A stretch of DNA of 64,000 bases from Flaccisagitta enflata (lineage: Eukaryota), in NCBI GenBank assembly GCA_965153355.1, contig OZ231126.1, positions 17,484,001 through 17,548,000 of the forward strand, written 5' to 3'. This document shows positions 59,363-64,000 of this stretch, one piece after another. The position numbers and the translations under genes were made by a program. Position 1 is the stretch's first letter; the number at the start of each line of letters is the position of its first letter. Below the pieces are notes generated by a model. It was not told the origin of the DNA. It saw only the letters and a list, made by a program, of their open reading frames with translations, and searched no databases.

Positions 59363-60651
59363 TCACAAATCCACAATTGGTCAGAATTGCCCATTTGGTC
59401 CGGATCGGTATTGAACATGAGCGGCGCAGAATGGCCCACGAAATAAACATTTCAGTCTCATTAAATTGAGTGGTCAATCGAGAGCATTTATCCCCTCCTC
59501 CTTACGTTACTAGAAACACGCTTAGTTAGGAATGCAAAACAAAAACATTTGGTCAGTCAACTCCCTCTCTATCTCTCTCTCTCTCTTACCCTCGTCTCGG
59601 CTGACCGGACATCCTTCTTTTCCTTTCGTTGTTTTGAAGATAAAAGACAACGAATGAATAAATGAAACAGAGGGAGAAAGCCAAGTCTGAAGGGAGGATG
59701 AACAGTTTTGTACACGCGCGTGTTTCTGCCCTCAAAGCATTTCTGTTCTCTTCTCTTACTTTATTTCTACCTTCCGTTGTTTGGATCTGTTACTATCTTT
59801 TGTTTCTGCCTCTTCATCCGCCTCCTCCTCCTCATCCTTCCCTTACCCTCAATTTTGTTTCTTTCTTTCTTCTTCCTCCCCCTCTCCTCCTCCTCCTCCT
59901 CCTCTTTGCCGATTCTAACTCGGTCTTTTCGTTTTTTGACATTGATGATTTCCCGAAGGCAAGAAGGATGCATTCTTTTTCTCCTCGTAGACTCAGTTCG
60001 GTGACGTCTCCAATTGTAACGTCCGATTTTTACCAACAAAACCCTTCCGGCTACTATTCATCGGTTTCATCGTGACCAATATCATCCCCGTTATTGCAGT
60101 CACCAGTGCCATCTTTGGTATCGTTATTAAGTCATTATCATAACAAATAGGGCAACAATGTCATGTCGTTTGCTGCATTTACAACTCTTGAATTTTTATC
60201 ATCGTTAAAGTATCATCATGGACTACTCAAAAGTGTATTAGTATATATAATTATATATGCTTACGTGTGCATACTGCATACGTGTATTGTTGTATGTAAA
60301 AAACCGTGACAAACATGACAATGGCAACGGCATCGATTAGACGTGTGGCGACGGCGACTTCCATCTTGTTTCTCGTCGTCACTCAAATTTGTTTCTTCTC
60401 CGTCCTCAAAATTCTCATCTCCAAATAGAGAAAGGAACTAAACCCTGTTTCAATTTGTTTAGGCGAGAGATGGGAGGTTCCGTCTTAATTCTCGGTCGTA
60501 ATTTACCTTCTTCTTTTAGTCCCTCGTGGAAAAACTTTTCTCTTTTGTCTCTTTTTTCTTGTTTGTGTGTGTCTCTAACCTGGATGGAAACAAGAAGAAA
60601 CTTTTAGTCCTGGAGGGGAATAGATTTGTCCGCCTACACATCAGACACATC

Positions 60652-60708
<57 letters not shown>

Positions 60709-63486
60709 ACTCACACACTTACACACACACACCCACTCACACACATTTACACACACACACACTTACGCTAACACACACAAAAAACGACATCAACAAAAAT
60801 TACAACGCTGCCACCAACCGACAGACCAACTAGTTTCAACCTTTGTACACTTTTCTGTTCATCGTCATTATCATCGTCACCCGCTTTTTTCTCATCTCAT
60901 CCCAACCAGAAATTTTGATCTCTTTAAAACGATTTCTTGTCCCTATTTTCAAACACATTGCCGAGTCCACTCGTTCGCGTTATTATTGGACCAATCCAAA
61001 ATCATCAATTCTCCCAAGAAGAAAATCGCTCTAAGCCCTCCCCGGGCCACTCTTTCTCAACCAGTCTCTAGACATTCTTTCTGTGTACTCTTATCATCTC
61101 GTCAGCCCAGGCGTAAATAAATGCGTAATAATTGGCGCCTGTGGCATACTATTTCGACGTCATCGTCGTAAACGTCGTCGTCATCGTCACCATCATCGTA
61201 CCCATCATTTTCTTGTGAACCACATCGAGCTCATCTTCGCACATGGTCTCTCTCTTTTTCTTTCTCTCTTTTTTCCCCTTCTTTTCTTTTGCTACCTTTG
61301 TTTGTACTTCTTTATCTTGTGTATCTCCGAGAGCTCCGAGGAAGATTTTTCAAATCCCAAAACAATTCCAAAATTTCCTCATTTTAAACGACTTCATCCG
61401 GATTCCTTTTCTATCTCTCTCTTTCCCTCATTTTTGGGGCTTTTTTTGCCTTGCCTTTGAACTTTCCTGGGCTTTTTTTTTGTATTCTCTTTTTTGAAAA
61501 AGGAGAAATACACCAAAACAAAAACAGCGGCTTCTCCTCGTTTATTTCCTTAAAACTTTTAAAACGCTAATAATCTATTTCAATGTGACTGTAATAAAAA
61601 TTCATGCATTTAGATGAAAAACAATGAACATTATTCAAATTTTTTTTCTCTATTTCTATGAATTCGTTTTTCTTAGCCGCATGTTGCGCGACTCTACACC
61701 CCGCTTCGTCCATCTGTTGGTCGGTTGATCTGTCACATTTTATTTCTTATGTTTTTGGCGGTTTTTGACCTTACTACTGCCCAAATGTTCAAATGACCCT
61801 AATTATGGTCCTTGCACGCACGCGACTGGGGTATGCGCGTATCCGGCCTTGTTTATTTTTAAATCTATCAAATATAAACTGTTAATGCAACCTGGCGTGA
61901 TATTATGCATCGGATTCTGTGAAAGGAAAACAAAACATCAAATATGAGGTTTTATTTTAATCGTTTCCCCTTTTATGAAGCTGAAATCAGATTTATTATT
62001 TCTGCATAATCATAAAGATATTTTTTTTTCTTTCTGCACCACTGAAAACATGATTTTGACATTGAGGCGACCGATATACGCGATGTACGGTTTTATATGC
62101 GGCATTCGGTTTTATATGCATCCATGTTGTGCAATCAATGGTGAATCTTTAAACAGGTGCTCAAGGAATGAGCAATTTAAGCCGTTTGGACCGATTGAAA
62201 CAAGGCCGGATACACGGCAGGACAGTCGCGGACGGTTGGCAGGAGCAGTAATGCATAAACCGCCCACAATTCAGAAATGTGACGGACGGACCGACGGACC
62301 GACGGACCGACGGACCGACGGACCGACGGACCGACGGACCGACGGACCGACGGACCGAACGACACGGCAAGGTGTAGAGTCGCGTGTCCGCGACTAAAAA
62401 TACTTTCGCTGCGCGGGTGTTCCATTGCTACTGTAAGCAGGTTAATTCCATCTAAATCTAATACGTGGGTGCGCAGAGAGGTGCTCAGAATTTGATTCAA
62501 TCTGGCCTGTCTTTCAGCAAACATATTTAATTTTTGCCGAAAAAGTGTATCAAGAAAGTAGGAATAGTTTTGTAGGAAAAGTAGACTGTAAGGTACTGGA
62601 TGCACTAGTAATGGAACCAAAAAGGAAATATAAGAAGGGAGCTAACCATCTTTTGATTTTTGAAATAAGTTGATTTTACATCAAAGCAACAATTGAGCTA
62701 CCTTATTTCCATTTTCCAATCACGCTTGTGCTTAGATTCTGAGCGCAGTGCGATGGTCTTATTATTTTTTTCCTCCTTCTACATTTTGAAGCTTAGTCTT
62801 TTCACAAACAGACTTAAGTGGAAAAGCCACGAGTTTGGATGATTTAAATGTCTGATAAAAAGAATGAGATCCTTTTTAAAGCCACTTGAGTGTTTTTCAC
62901 ATTGGATTCGGGGAGAAACTTTTTAATTACTTATCCTCAGGGGGAGAAATGACATTAATGGGCAAAATTATAGGACGCTCTTTTATATTGCGACCGTCGC
63001 GTTGGCTTTTTTCTTTCTGTGCTTGGCAAAATCCGAAGAGATTCATTTATTCCTTTTTTTTTAGTTTTTAAGTGAAGTAATCTTACTTCAAAGTAGTTCC
63101 TAATTTGCGATATTTTTGATATTGCTTTAAAAAGGAATTTTGGTCCAGGCTGTAAAAAAAATCATTTTTTAAAAGTTCATGAATGATTTATTGCCCACTA
63201 GCTATGCAAGTTTGTTAAAGCTTCAAGTATCTTTTGCAACTGTCGTTTTGTCCCTTGACTGTTAAAATCTTCAATACCATCATCTTTTTTCCCTTCAAAG
63301 ATTTAAAAAGGCTGAGGCCTGGTTTACGATCTCTCTAACTTGTTTACCCTCTTTAATCGCCCCCGAATTTGTATTCGTCTCTACCTTTTGTCTCTTTATA
63401 CAAGCTCTAAGAGAGCTCTAAGAAACAAACCTTCGATTGTTCATGTTATGCTTCTCTTTAATTATGCCTGCGCAGTTGGCGACAAT

Positions 63487-63583
<97 letters not shown>

Positions 63584-64000
63584 TTTCTCCCGCCTACTAC
63601 TCTTGTCTTTTCCTTAAGAAATAGAGCATAACTTTATTTGGGTTCCCGCTGGTCAATCGGGGTTTGATTTGCATCATTGGCCGTTAAACTGTCAGACGGT
63701 AATATTTTTTTTTTTCTTGCCTTTTCACTATTACGAAAAAGTTATATAATTGCACGAATGAGAAACGATATACATCGGTTAACCTTTAAGTAAGTTTTTC
63801 AAGAAGAGCGGAGGGTACGCTGGAATAATGTTTGCCGTCATTGGATCAATAGTTGTATATTCTATTATATTTGGTTATGTTAAAATTGGAATAACATAAA
63901 GATTTTTTAATACATATTTAAACATCAAAATATAAAAAAAATGAAAAAAAAATCATCAAAAAAGATCTCTCATAGCAATATGATACACAAAGTATAAATA

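Overview
AT-rich, microsatellite- and transposon-dense animal genomic DNA with spliced genes. It is not prokaryotic, and the Dlg5-like exons suggest an arthropod (inference). Almost none of the supplied ORFs are real. Manual splicing gives: (1) the 3' part of a minus-strand gene for a vWA-domain, single-pass membrane protein (86-4468, possibly with two more exons at 10.4-10.8 kb); (2) a three-exon C-type lectin gene (13215-18013) with a stop codon in its signal peptide; (3) five Dlg5-like exons (PDZ3, PDZ4, start of SH3; 37233-41890) with an apparent 2-nt frameshift; (4) an 18-finger C2H2 zinc-finger ORF cut at its 5' end by an antisense L1/Tx1-like retrotransposon and decayed at its 3' end. 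Two families of Helentron-associated (HINE/DINE-1-like) short elements dominate the intergenic and intronic space, and their hairpins and subterminal inverted repeats co-vary between copies. There are also many Tc1/mariner-pogo, hAT and Harbinger MITEs. The most notable points are the co-varying HINE architecture with in-window empty-site evidence, repeated duplication of exon ends with their splice donors, a possible MITE-derived intron, and the fact that every recognisable gene looks damaged or incomplete. All family assignments come from motif recognition by eye, not database searches.
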